From contig JBHIAE010000002.1 in NCBI GenBank assembly GCA_046758445.1, positions 32,001-96,000 on the forward strand: a stretch of 64,000 nt of DNA. The letters are read 5' to 3'. The position numbers and the translations under genes were made by a program. The notes beneath the pieces are model-generated. The model was not told the DNA's origin and made no database searches. It was given only the letters and a program-made list of their open reading frames with translations. Shown piece after piece: positions 37,992-47,001 of this stretch. Every line of letters begins with the position of its first letter. Within the stretch, counting starts at the first letter, position 1. Origin of the DNA: Candidatus Thorarchaeota archaeon (GTDB lineage: Archaea > Asgardarchaeota > Thorarchaeia > Thorarchaeales > Thorarchaeaceae).

Positions 37992-40127
37992 ATGGTAGCT
38001 GCCGTATTCATCGGAACATCGATTCTATCAGGAATCCTGGCGATAGTCGTTGCACTCTACTCGTACAGGCTAGTAAGTAAGGCTCATGAAGGGGACGAGA
38101 AGATGAAGACAGTCAGCGCACTGATTGAGGAAGGAGCCTATTCCTTCATCAAGGTCCAATACAAGAATCTTCTAGCCTTCACACTTGTTCTTGCTCTTCT
38201 GATTGCAGTAGTCTTCGCTGAATATGGTATTCCGATCTCAATATCGTATGTTCTTGGGTCGGTGGCAAGTATGGTCGCTGGATACGTCGGGATTGTAGTG
38301 GCCACGAAGGCCAATCGACGTACAGCCGCAGCAGCAGCCAGTGGAGGTCTGAACCCCGCATTTCAAGTTGCGTTCAGGGCAGGCTCCGTAATGGGCCTAA
38401 TGATAGCTGGAATTGCGCTGGTCGGTCTTGGTTCACTCTATTGGCTATGGAACTCGCTTCTCCCTGGTCTCGAGCCAACTGAACTCTGGGAGATCATGAC
38501 CGGTTTCTCCTTCGGAGCAAGCACCGTAGCACTGTTCGCAAAGGCCGGTGGAGGGATATTCACAAAGACGGCTGATATGTCCGCTGACATCGTGGGGAAG
38601 ATTGAACAACACATTCCTGAGGATGATCCTCGAAATCCTGCGGCAGTAGCTGACGCTGTTGGTGACAATGTCGGTGATATTGCAGGCACTGGGGCGGATA
38701 TCTACGACAGTAATGTGGCAGCAATACTTGCGGCTGCCATTCTGGGAGCTGCAATTGACGTTACAGCATCTCCCTCGCTGCCCTTTGGACTGCTTCCACT
38801 CCTTATTGCAGCCTTGGGCACAATCGCGTCTGTGATAGGGGTGTTCCTCGTCCGTCCCAAGGAGAAAGGTGATCCTGGGCCCGCTCTCAACAGAGGCACA
38901 TACATCACTACCATTCTGTTCTCAATCTTCGTTGTGGCCACACTTGTGACGCTGAACCTTGACTTGACTATTGCACTGTTTGCGGTCTCTGGTCTACTTG
39001 CAGGCGTCTTCATAGGATTCACAAGCGATGTCTTCACCAGCGATCGTGGATTGGGTCGATTCAAACCAGTGCCCAATATGGTGACTGCGGCGGAGAAGAG
39101 CGCTGCTAATCTTGTCCTGTCAGGCTACTCTTATGGTCTTCTAAGCGTTGTACCCTCTGTCATTGGCATCGCTGCTGCCATGGTGGTATCGTTCATACTC
39201 GGAGCAAATGCCACGTCTGTCGGCCTTGGAGGAACTGATGGTGGCATCTTTGGTGTGGCAATTGCAGCCGTAGGTCTATTGTCCACAAATGGAATGATAA
39301 TGAGTTCAGACGCCTACGGTCCTATCGTAGACAACGCTAGAGGTGTGATTGAACAGGCTGGCGCCCCTCACGAGGCGATTGTAGCATGTGACAGACTCGA
39401 CGCAAGCGGCAACACCACAAAGGCAATCACAAAAGGATTTGCGATAGGAGCCTCTGCAATCTCAGTCCTAGCACTCTTCGCCGCTTTCATTTCTTCGACC
39501 AGATTCCTCGTTCCCCGGGAGCTGCTAGTTGATGTTGTAAATCTGGCCGATCCATTCGTAATGGCAGGAGCACTAGTCGGGGCACTAGTACCAGTGGCGT
39601 TCTCAGCAATGTTAATCCTCGGCGTGGAAGACAATTCTGAGCGCATGATAACCGAGATTCGCAGGCAGTTTACTGAGGACCCTGGAATCCTCGAGGGCAC
39701 GTCCAAGCCTGATTACGACCGATGTATCAGCATTGCCACTTCAGGCGCTATCAAGGAGCTGATGCCAGGTACTGTTATGGCAATAATGGTCACGATGGTC
39801 ACAGGTGTCTTTCTTGGACTAGAGGCACTCGCTGGTTACCTGGGCGGTGCCGTGATAACAGGCTTGGTGATGGCCATTCTGATGGATAATTCAGGAGGGG
39901 CTTGGGACAACACAAAGAAGATTATTGAGTCTCCGGAGTACGACCACAGCACTCCCGATTATGAGAGAGTGCATGACAACTCTGTCTTGGGTGATATGGT
40001 GGGGGATCCATTCAAGGACACTGCTGGGCCGTCGATCAACACGCTTCTCGTGGTGATATCACTCACCGCAACCCTCTTCCTGCCCGTCATAGCACAAATA
40101 CATGCGTGGCTGACGGGACTGATCTAG
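37992..40127 (+). CDS. hppA: membrane-integral ion-translocating pyrophosphatase, divergent, predicted K+-independent
   Basis: GGGIFTK.AD..AD.VGK.E..IPEDDPRNP, GNTTKA, GGAWDN, GD.VGDPFKDTAGP; many TM. Confidence 0.92.
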   Translation: MVAAVFIGTSILSGILAIVVALYSYRLVSKAHEGDEKMKTVSALIEEGAYSFIKVQYKNLLAFTLVLALLIAVVFAEYGIPISISYVLGSVASMVAGYVGIVVATKANRRTAAAAASGGLNPAFQVAFRAGSVMGLMIAGIALVGLGSLYWLWNSLLPGLEPTELWEIMTGFSFGASTVALFAKAGGGIFTKTADMSADIVGKIEQHIPEDDPRNPAAVADAVGDNVGDIAGTGADIYDSNVAAILAAAILGAAIDVTASPSLPFGLLPLLIAALGTIASVIGVFLVRPKEKGDPGPALNRGTYITTILFSIFVVATLVTLNLDLTIALFAVSGLLAGVFIGFTSDVFTSDRGLGRFKPVPNMVTAAEKSAANLVLSGYSYGLLSVVPSVIGIAAAMVVSFILGANATSVGLGGTDGGIFGVAIAAVGLLSTNGMIMSSDAYGPIVDNARGVIEQAGAPHEAIVACDRLDASGNTTKAITKGFAIGASAISVLALFAAFISSTRFLVPRELLVDVVNLADPFVMAGALVGALVPVAFSAMLILGVEDNSERMITEIRRQFTEDPGILEGTSKPDYDRCISIATSGAIKELMPGTVMAIMVTMVTGVFLGLEALAGYLGGAVITGLVMAILMDNSGGAWDNTKKIIESPEYDHSTPDYERVHDNSVLGDMVGDPFKDTAGPSINTLLVVISLTATLFLPVIAQIHAWLTGLI

Positions 40128-40145
40128 TGCAGGTGGTTCGTTTCT

Positions 40146-41030
40146 ATGCGCTTTGGAGTGGTCGCAATCGAGTTCATACCTGCAGTAGAGAGGATTGTCG
40201 CCGGTGGTACTCCTGATTTCTCACGCATCAACCTAGTTGAGATTGTCCAAGAAGCCGTAGAAATCGAGCATATCCGAGTTGTGGAAATCCCAATGGAGAT
40301 TGAACAGATGGTGCCTGGTTCGCTGACACCTGAAGTCATTTCCAGATTGGCAGACCTGAAAGAAGAATTAGGCCATTCATACACAGTCCATCTGCCGTTT
40401 TGGTCCATTGAACTCTCAACTTTCAACGAAACGATTAGATCTGCCAGCGTGGACAGTATAGTGCACTCCATAGAACTTGCAGAGGAACTTGCCCCTGAAA
40501 TCTATGTACTTCATTCTACAGGAAGCTTGGCCGCAGAATATACCAAGCAGGGCTTTGCGGAAAGCATGAATCTGTTAGTGTGTGGGTATATGACATCATT
40601 TGCCATGAAGAGTGTGGAGGAGATAGTCACCAAGTCTGAGATTGACCCTTACAAGCTTGCGTTGGAGAATGTTGAGTTCCCCTTCGACTTCACCCGCGAC
40701 GTAGTTGACGAGTTCAACACTGGCGTATGTTTTGATACAGGACACATGCTCACTAAGCAGTCAGGAGATGAAACGCTGTCCGAATTCTATCGAAAGCATC
40801 GTGACCGAATCACAGAGATTCACCTAAATGATGGCGTAGTTGAGAAGAACGAGGCTGGGGGCTATCAGGACCACTTGGTACTCGGTCGAGGTGAGATGCC
40901 AGTTCGGGACTTCTTGATGGAGCTCATCAAAGACAAGTTTGAAGGACCTCTGATATTCGAGCTGACGACCGAAGAAACAGTCGAGTCACTAGATAAGATT
41001 CGAGATGTAGTGCCTGAGGCACTGCGGTGA
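40146..41030 (+). CDS. xylose isomerase/AP endonuclease 2-like TIM-barrel metalloenzyme (possibly CbiR-like phosphodiesterase)
   Basis: TVHLP, VLH, ALEN, CFDTGH, EIHL.D, DH..LG.G, IFE. Confidence 0.75.
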   Translation: MRFGVVAIEFIPAVERIVAGGTPDFSRINLVEIVQEAVEIEHIRVVEIPMEIEQMVPGSLTPEVISRLADLKEELGHSYTVHLPFWSIELSTFNETIRSASVDSIVHSIELAEELAPEIYVLHSTGSLAAEYTKQGFAESMNLLVCGYMTSFAMKSVEEIVTKSEIDPYKLALENVEFPFDFTRDVVDEFNTGVCFDTGHMLTKQSGDETLSEFYRKHRDRITEIHLNDGVVEKNEAGGYQDHLVLGRGEMPVRDFLMELIKDKFEGPLIFELTTEETVESLDKIRDVVPEALR

Positions 41031-41124
41031 ACCAGTCTTTGTTGCGGCTTGACCCACAACATCGTCATCTGCGTGAAATCATCTTCGCAAAATACCAGAG
41101 CGGCGCAATCTGACCCGTTTCTAT

Positions 41125-41334
41125 TTGATGAGTGAAGCTCAACTTCAAGAAACTCCTATGTTGAGCATTTCTAGTGAGATAGCCAAGATGCAGGCGTTTG
41201 CCTACGAAACCATAGACGAGCAGGTAAGAGCTTGTCTAAGTAATAGACGAGTCAACGAATTGGAGGTAGACGAATTGATCAAAGAGGCATGCAAGGCCCT
41301 TGAAGGAGAGAATGTGGCCATTGCGTACGAGTAG
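41125..41334 (+). CDS. small acidic hypothetical protein
   Basis: 69-aa ORF with helical composition. Confidence 0.4.
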   Translation: MMSEAQLQETPMLSISSEIAKMQAFAYETIDEQVRACLSNRRVNELEVDELIKEACKALEGENVAIAYE

Positions 41335-41397
41335 TCAACAGGACACAATAATCTACATCTTGTTGAAAGGGCGCAATCCCACTACCATAGGAATCAG

Positions 41398-41506
41398 TGG
41401 TGGGCTCGGGGAGATTTGAACTCCCGACCCCCGCCTTGCAGAGTGAATGAGCTAGACCTCAATCACATATCAGAGCGGTGCTATAACCAGTCTAAGCCAC
41501 GAGCCC
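41398..41506 (-). tRNA. tRNA-Ile(GAT) with 31-nt intron at 37/38 (41437-41467)
   Basis: GGGCTCG/CGAGCCC plus ACCA; CCGCT-CT-GAT-A^A-GGCGG; intron hairpin GTGATTGAG/CTCATTCAC. Confidence 0.92.
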
Positions 41507-41846
41507 AATGCTTGCTGCCAGACCGCATCAGTTGCGAATGTGATAAAAAGGTTGCGACCCACACGCTTGGCAATGTACTCGAAATTGAGCCTGACAATCT
41601 CAGACCCACTTACTTCCAGAGATTTGTGAAGAAGCTATGTGAATTAGATGCCCAATGGGCAATGTGCCTCTTCCTCTGGTCAGACTGTGTACACAGTGTC
41701 TTTTCGGACTCCCGAAAAATCTACATGTGTATTTGATGTACTATTTGGGCTGAGTGTTGTTGGGGAGAAAAACTGGAAACGATATCATCGAATTGGCGCA
41801 TTACCTCATTGAAGTCCCCACAGAACCACTAATGAGAAGTTAGAAC

Positions 41847-42527
41847 ATGAAGAGAATTGTCCTCAAAGGATTCTTGCTGGCTATCACACTCACACTAGCA
41901 GTCATGCCAGTTGCCCCGGTTTCTGCTGCAAACAATCAGGGTCTAGAGTGGGGCATTGCGGTGGGAACCCGGATAGACTACACCTATGAGTATCACCTGT
42001 CTAACAGCTCATTGGTAACACCGAAGGACGTCATCGAGAGGATCTGTGTCACTATTGATAGTTTGCCTAGGATCGAGGACGACATCTGCAATATGAGTCA
42101 GCTCTGGGGTTCCACATACACGCTCTACTGGACCAATGGGTCCAAAGTTCCGATACTAAGCCCCGTGAATTTCGCACTTCGCCCTGTTGGAAACTGGAGT
42201 CTTATGACGGAATTGATATTGCAGTATCCCACCATCGTACCTGAATCGATTCTTGATACGTCTACTTTATGGGGCTTCAACACAAGTGAGAGTTGGACCA
42301 ACACCCGAATGCATGCTATGTATGAAATCTCAAAACACGATGGTATAGCACACCGATTGTTTGTGAACGTGACAGAGAGGGTGAATGCAAAGTGGGGCAC
42401 CTCTACTTGGCTATTTACCCGCATGTTTGAGCCTAACGACGCATTTTCTGTAAGCTTGGTTTTAGGATTGGGCCTTACTCTCTTGGTTGTGGTTCTGGCT
42501 TCAATATACCGTTGGAGCAGACCTTAG
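41847..42527 (+). CDS. secreted protein with signal peptide and C-terminal TM anchor
   Basis: MKR plus hydrophobic segment and VSA cleavage site; many NxS/T sequons; C-terminal TM with basic tail. Confidence 0.8.
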   Translation: MKRIVLKGFLLAITLTLAVMPVAPVSAANNQGLEWGIAVGTRIDYTYEYHLSNSSLVTPKDVIERICVTIDSLPRIEDDICNMSQLWGSTYTLYWTNGSKVPILSPVNFALRPVGNWSLMTELILQYPTIVPESILDTSTLWGFNTSESWTNTRMHAMYEISKHDGIAHRLFVNVTERVNAKWGTSTWLFTRMFEPNDAFSVSLVLGLGLTLLVVVLASIYRWSRP

Positions 42528-42560
42528 CAAGCCTGTGAACATAGCACCCTCCTTGATGAT

Positions 42561-42607
42561 CTCTGATAAGGCGGATGTCGCGTGTTCAAATCACGCCGGG
42601 CCCACCA
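42561..42607 (+). pseudogene. orphan 3' portion of an intronless tRNA-Ile(GAT)-like gene
   Basis: CTCT-GAT-AAGGCGG-ATGTC-GCGTG-TTCAAAT-CACGC-CGGGCCC-ACCA; no matching 5' acceptor strand upstream. Confidence 0.7.
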
Positions 42608-42666
42608 TTGCTTCTTGCGCTTAGCTTTATCTTGTCCTTAGTCACTGCTGATGCTTGGTGACTTCA

Positions 42667-42990
42667 ATGAGTTTCAATCCATGCGATGCCCGGTGTGAAG
42701 GCTGTCCTAGCTACTTGGGAAAAGGTGAGCCACCATGTGCTGGGTGCAGAGAGTCAGGTGAAAGACCATGGTGGGGCACATGCAAGGTCTTTGATTGCAC
42801 AACTGAGAAGAGTCTTAATCACTGTGGCCTCTGTGACGAGTTTCCAAGTGATCTCCTGATAGGTCACTATGACCCAGACAATCCCGAGGGGCAGCGAAAC
42901 GCGGCAGTTCGGGCTGGGGTTCTTGCCTATCTCGTCAGGCACGGGGACGACAAGGCTCTCGAACTATACAAGAAGATCAAGAAAGCCTAG
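42667..42990 (+). CDS. DUF3795-like Cys-rich protein
   Basis: C...C..C, C.GC, C....C, HCGLC.EFP. Confidence 0.75.
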   Translation: MSFNPCDARCEGCPSYLGKGEPPCAGCRESGERPWWGTCKVFDCTTEKSLNHCGLCDEFPSDLLIGHYDPDNPEGQRNAAVRAGVLAYLVRHGDDKALELYKKIKKA

Positions 42991-43012
42991 AATCCCATAG
43001 TTTCTGATAGCA

Positions 43013-44302
43013 ATGGAATGGAGAGAAAAGGAAGAGAGCGCCGTGCGGCGGAATGAGCGTCTGTGCACGAACTGTGGATTCTGTACAATATCTGTGGGTT
43101 GCCCAAGTCCAGAATATTGCGTTGGCTGTAGATCATGCTACATGGCATGTCCACAAGAGGCAATCTCTCTGACACAGAATGAATCTCCAAACAGCATTAT
43201 CATCACTATAGACGATCAGCCAGTACAGGTGCCTGACAACATCACCATCAAGGAAGCATTGCAGTCCTTTGGAATCGCCTTTACTCGCTATCCGAAAACA
43301 GCTCACTCCTTTGCCCCATGTGAAACTGGAGGCTGCTATGCATGTGCGGTTCTTGTGGATGGAGAGCTAAGTCCCAGCTGTCATACGGCCGTGAAACCTG
43401 GGCTGAACATACGTACAGAGGTTTCAGATCAGATACAGCCCCTTCGTATTGTCGGATGGTGTCAACCTCACTCCGTTGGAGGTGTTGGAACTCCCTGGTC
43501 GGAGAAGGCATTTGGTTTCGATTTCAGGGACTATGCCGAGGCTGCTTGCTTTGCGGCTGGATGTAATCTCCGATGCCGAACATGTCAGAACTTCAGCGTT
43601 ACGTACAACAGTGCCGCATCCGCAGTCACAGCAGAGCATGCCGCCCAGAAACTCCTTGGACTAGCCTTACGCGTCGGCGTCAAACGGCTGGCGATCTCTG
43701 GAGGCGAGGCCACACTCAACCGGCCGTGGCTCGAGGGCTTCTTCACATGGCTCAAAACACGCAGCCCTAGCGATTTCCGTCTACATCTAGACACGAACGC
43801 CACGATTCTTACTCCAGACTACATAGATGCCTTGGTGGAAGCAGGCGTCACTGATATCGGTCCTGACCTCAAGTCCGCTCGCTTGGAAACCTTCCAGAAT
43901 ATCACCGGAATAACAGATTCGACCCTAGCAGAGACCTACTGGACCACAGCTTGGAACGCTGTTCGCTACTTGGCCGACAACTACTACCCAGAACAACTGT
44001 TCATGGGGGTCGGGCTACCTTTCAATCCTGCCTTCTACTCGTCATCAGAAGCCATGGATGCGGAGCTCCATGAGTGGGGTACACGAATTGCTGATATCGA
44101 TGATAGAATCCAAGTGACAGTCTTAGACTACCGTCCCGAGTTCCAGCGTCATGACATCAGACGACCATCCAGTGCTAAGATGCGAAATGTCAAGGCCACT
44201 CTGGAAGGACTAGGTCTCCGGACAGTGTTAGCTCAGACAGCCATGGGTCATCTTGCACCTTCTCGACCTGCACCAGATCGAGAAGTACAACGATCCTCCT
44301 GA
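43013..44302 (+). CDS. radical SAM protein with N-terminal ferredoxin and 2Fe-2S-like domains
   Basis: CxxCxxC...CP twice, C.TGGC.AC...C, GCNLRCRTCQN, SGGE, DTN. Confidence 0.88.
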   Translation: MEWREKEESAVRRNERLCTNCGFCTISVGCPSPEYCVGCRSCYMACPQEAISLTQNESPNSIIITIDDQPVQVPDNITIKEALQSFGIAFTRYPKTAHSFAPCETGGCYACAVLVDGELSPSCHTAVKPGLNIRTEVSDQIQPLRIVGWCQPHSVGGVGTPWSEKAFGFDFRDYAEAACFAAGCNLRCRTCQNFSVTYNSAASAVTAEHAAQKLLGLALRVGVKRLAISGGEATLNRPWLEGFFTWLKTRSPSDFRLHLDTNATILTPDYIDALVEAGVTDIGPDLKSARLETFQNITGITDSTLAETYWTTAWNAVRYLADNYYPEQLFMGVGLPFNPAFYSSSEAMDAELHEWGTRIADIDDRIQVTVLDYRPEFQRHDIRRPSSAKMRNVKATLEGLGLRTVLAQTAMGHLAPSRPAPDREVQRSS

Positions 44303-44389
44303 TTCTGTCTTGCCGTGCCCAAAGACTATTCAGTGAAACTTCAGAACTTAATCGTTGAGGCCTTTTGTCGATAGTTAAGAGGACTGGGA

Positions 44390-44869
44390 ATGTCAAAGAA
44401 CGGGGAACGCATTGATGGCCAAATCAAAGGCATCGCAGAACGTCTAGAGGCCGCAATGACAAAGAATCCTGATGAACCTCTGGCTAACGGCACTCTGAAT
44501 GAACTATCTGACGAGAACTTCATGGATACTGTTCGACAGCCGAAGACTGCAATCGTCGAGTTCTACACCAATACCTGCCCATACTGCAAGCAGATGAAAC
44601 CTGTTCTTGATGAGCTCGCGAGTGACTACAAGTCGAAGGTGTATTTTGCAAAGATCAATATCGATGAGCATGAAGAGGCCGCAACAACGTTTGATGTAGA
44701 GGGTGTACCTCTCATCATGGCTTTCAAGAAAGGCAACCCGGTGGCCAGGATAGAGGGTCTAAGGAGTATTCATGAACTGGACGGGTGGATTGAGAGCATC
44801 CACAAAGGCCTACGACCAATGAGAATTGAGCCAGGTCCTGTCACAAAGGTCATTCTCGGTGACATATGA
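44390..44869 (+). CDS. thioredoxin family protein
   Basis: VEFY...CPYC and cis-Pro loop GVP. Confidence 0.88.
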   Translation: MSKNGERIDGQIKGIAERLEAAMTKNPDEPLANGTLNELSDENFMDTVRQPKTAIVEFYTNTCPYCKQMKPVLDELASDYKSKVYFAKINIDEHEEAATTFDVEGVPLIMAFKKGNPVARIEGLRSIHELDGWIESIHKGLRPMRIEPGPVTKVILGDI

Positions 44870-44891
44870 CCCAAAGCGCGACCCGGTGAAA

Positions 44892-46778
44892 CTATAGAGT
44901 GAGTCTGAAGATATACTCATCATCTTCCATCTTCAGCTTGCTCTCGATCACTTTCCCAGTCTTGTGAAGGAACCTAATCATTGGCACGTTCTTCGGATGT
45001 ACGTGTGCCACGAAGGCTCCCACTCCTTTACTCTTTGCGATACGCATTAGGTGATTGAGCATGTAAGTGCCAATTCCCTTGTTTTGATAGTCATCTTGGA
45101 CTAGGAGTGCGAATTCTGCCTCATTCTTATGCCAATCGAGCAGGTAGCGTCCTGCACCAATGATTTCCTCAGTTGATCCGTCATCGTTGGAGCAGATGGT
45201 TGCCACGATGCTGATGTCTCTGGACTGGTCCACATTGTAGAAGTCCTGCAGAGTCTGTCGCTGGAGGCTTGTGAGGGGCGTCAAGAATCTGAAGAAGATC
45301 GACTCCTCACTGAGTCCGTAGAACAGGCATTTGATTCTATCAGTGTCGTCGGGTCGTATTAGTCTGAAGTCCACATCAATCGCCCCATCTGGCCCGTCGA
45401 AGGTTTCCTGTGCTTCGTATTCTATAGGGAAGTAGGTTCCCTTGGCTTGGAAGGGCACTTGGTCCTCGAAGACGTAGCGCATCTCTTTCGCTACTTCGAG
45501 AAGATCATTTCGGAAGTCTGGATGTGCAATTGCTATGAGTGACAATACACGTTCGCGTATCGTTCTTCCTCGCAGTATTGCCTGACCATATTCTGTGATG
45601 ACGACCTCAACGTCGCCTCTTGTAGTGACTACTCCTGCGCCTTCACTTAGCCGTGGAACAATCCTTGAAACAGTTCCGTCTAGGGCCGTAGACGGCATAC
45701 AGATGATTGCCTTTCCGCCTTGAGACCGCGATGCGCCTCTAATGAAATCCACCTGGCCGCCTATTCCGCTGTAGAATCTGTGACCAATGGAATCCGAACA
45801 GACCTGACCTGTCAAGTCGACCTCAAGAGCAGAGTTGATAGCCACCATCTTGTAGTTCTGGGCGATGACATTTGGATCGTTTACATAGGCTGTATCTCTG
45901 AACTCAAACATGGGGTTGTTGTCAACGTAGTCGTATAGCTTCTTCGTGCCCATAGCAAAGCTTGCTGTCACTTTGTTTCTATTGATACTCTTCCTGCTAT
46001 TTGTGACAACACCACTCTCGACAAGATCAATTATGCTGTCACCGAACCGTTCAGTATGAATCCCTAGGTCCCCAACCCCAGAAGTCAAGAGACTACTGGC
46101 TACTGACTGTGGGAGTGCTCCTATTCCGAGCTCAATTGTGGACTCATTCTCTATCAACCGTGCCACATAGCTGCCAATCAGATCACTCTTCTCGTCTACC
46201 TCAACTGCTTCGAATTCCCTCAGCGGTTCATTATGGCATACCAAGTAGTCGATGTCACGCAGATGTATGAATGAATCGCCATGGGTGACGGGCATGCGTT
46301 CATTCACCTGGGCGATGACCAAGTCCGAACTCTCTGCGGCGCTTTTCGTGATGTCAACTGAGATTCCAAGAGAGGAATAACCATGCTCATCAGGTGGGCT
46401 TATTTGAATTAGAGCAACGTCAAGAGGTATTCTCTTAGTTCTGAAGAAGACTGGAATGTCAGAGAGATGTGCTGGTGTGTAGTCGGCCCTACCCTCGTAG
46501 ACTGCTGTTCTAATGTTGTCAGACACAAAGAAGCTGTTGTGTCTGAACTGTTCCTGAAACTTCGGATCTGCTGAAGGGGTGTCTCCAAGTGTCAGGAGAT
46601 GCACGATCTCATTGTCCGCCATCCGACTGGCGTTTCGTGCGAGCTCCTGCACTAAATGATAGGGCACACCACAACCGGTTCCTAGAAAGATGCGTGTGCC
46701 TCTCTTGACTTTCTTGATGGCCTCTTCTGCAGTCAGTATCTTGTCCTTGTACTTGTCTTTCCATCCTGAATCGGCCAT
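44892..46778 (-). CDS. acetyl-CoA hydrolase/CoA-transferase fused to C-terminal GNAT acetyltransferase
   Basis: GIG.LP, GIHTE, NSALEVDLTGQ, SGIGGQVDF; C-terminus LS.ES.F.RF, AEFA.LV.D.YQ.KGIG, N..M. Confidence 0.9.
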   Translation of the reverse strand: MADSGWKDKYKDKILTAEEAIKKVKRGTRIFLGTGCGVPYHLVQELARNASRMADNEIVHLLTLGDTPSADPKFQEQFRHNSFFVSDNIRTAVYEGRADYTPAHLSDIPVFFRTKRIPLDVALIQISPPDEHGYSSLGISVDITKSAAESSDLVIAQVNERMPVTHGDSFIHLRDIDYLVCHNEPLREFEAVEVDEKSDLIGSYVARLIENESTIELGIGALPQSVASSLLTSGVGDLGIHTERFGDSIIDLVESGVVTNSRKSINRNKVTASFAMGTKKLYDYVDNNPMFEFRDTAYVNDPNVIAQNYKMVAINSALEVDLTGQVCSDSIGHRFYSGIGGQVDFIRGASRSQGGKAIICMPSTALDGTVSRIVPRLSEGAGVVTTRGDVEVVITEYGQAILRGRTIRERVLSLIAIAHPDFRNDLLEVAKEMRYVFEDQVPFQAKGTYFPIEYEAQETFDGPDGAIDVDFRLIRPDDTDRIKCLFYGLSEESIFFRFLTPLTSLQRQTLQDFYNVDQSRDISIVATICSNDDGSTEEIIGAGRYLLDWHKNEAEFALLVQDDYQNKGIGTYMLNHLMRIAKSKGVGAFVAHVHPKNVPMIRFLHKTGKVIESKLKMEDDEYIFRLTL

Positions 46779-47001
46779 CGCACGTTCCTCAGATTGCCAA
46801 ATCGTGAGCTCTCTCGTTCATATAGGCGTTTCCTACTACAATTCAAGACTCTGTGAGAATATCACTATACCGATGACTGTGTTCACGGTTTCACCTTGAA
46901 GCTGACACAAGTTCGGCGCGAGCTATCATAGAAGAAACCTTATCAGTAGGAGAGAGCGCGCCCCGGCGCAAGACTCGGCAATCACTCAGGTGGATTACTC
47001 T

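Noticed and set aside
41416-41736. ORFs overlapping tRNAs (also 2531..2734, 31285..31513) and the many antisense ORFs in the track
   Set aside because: They are shadows of tRNAs or of well-supported genes on the other strand and show no protein motifs.
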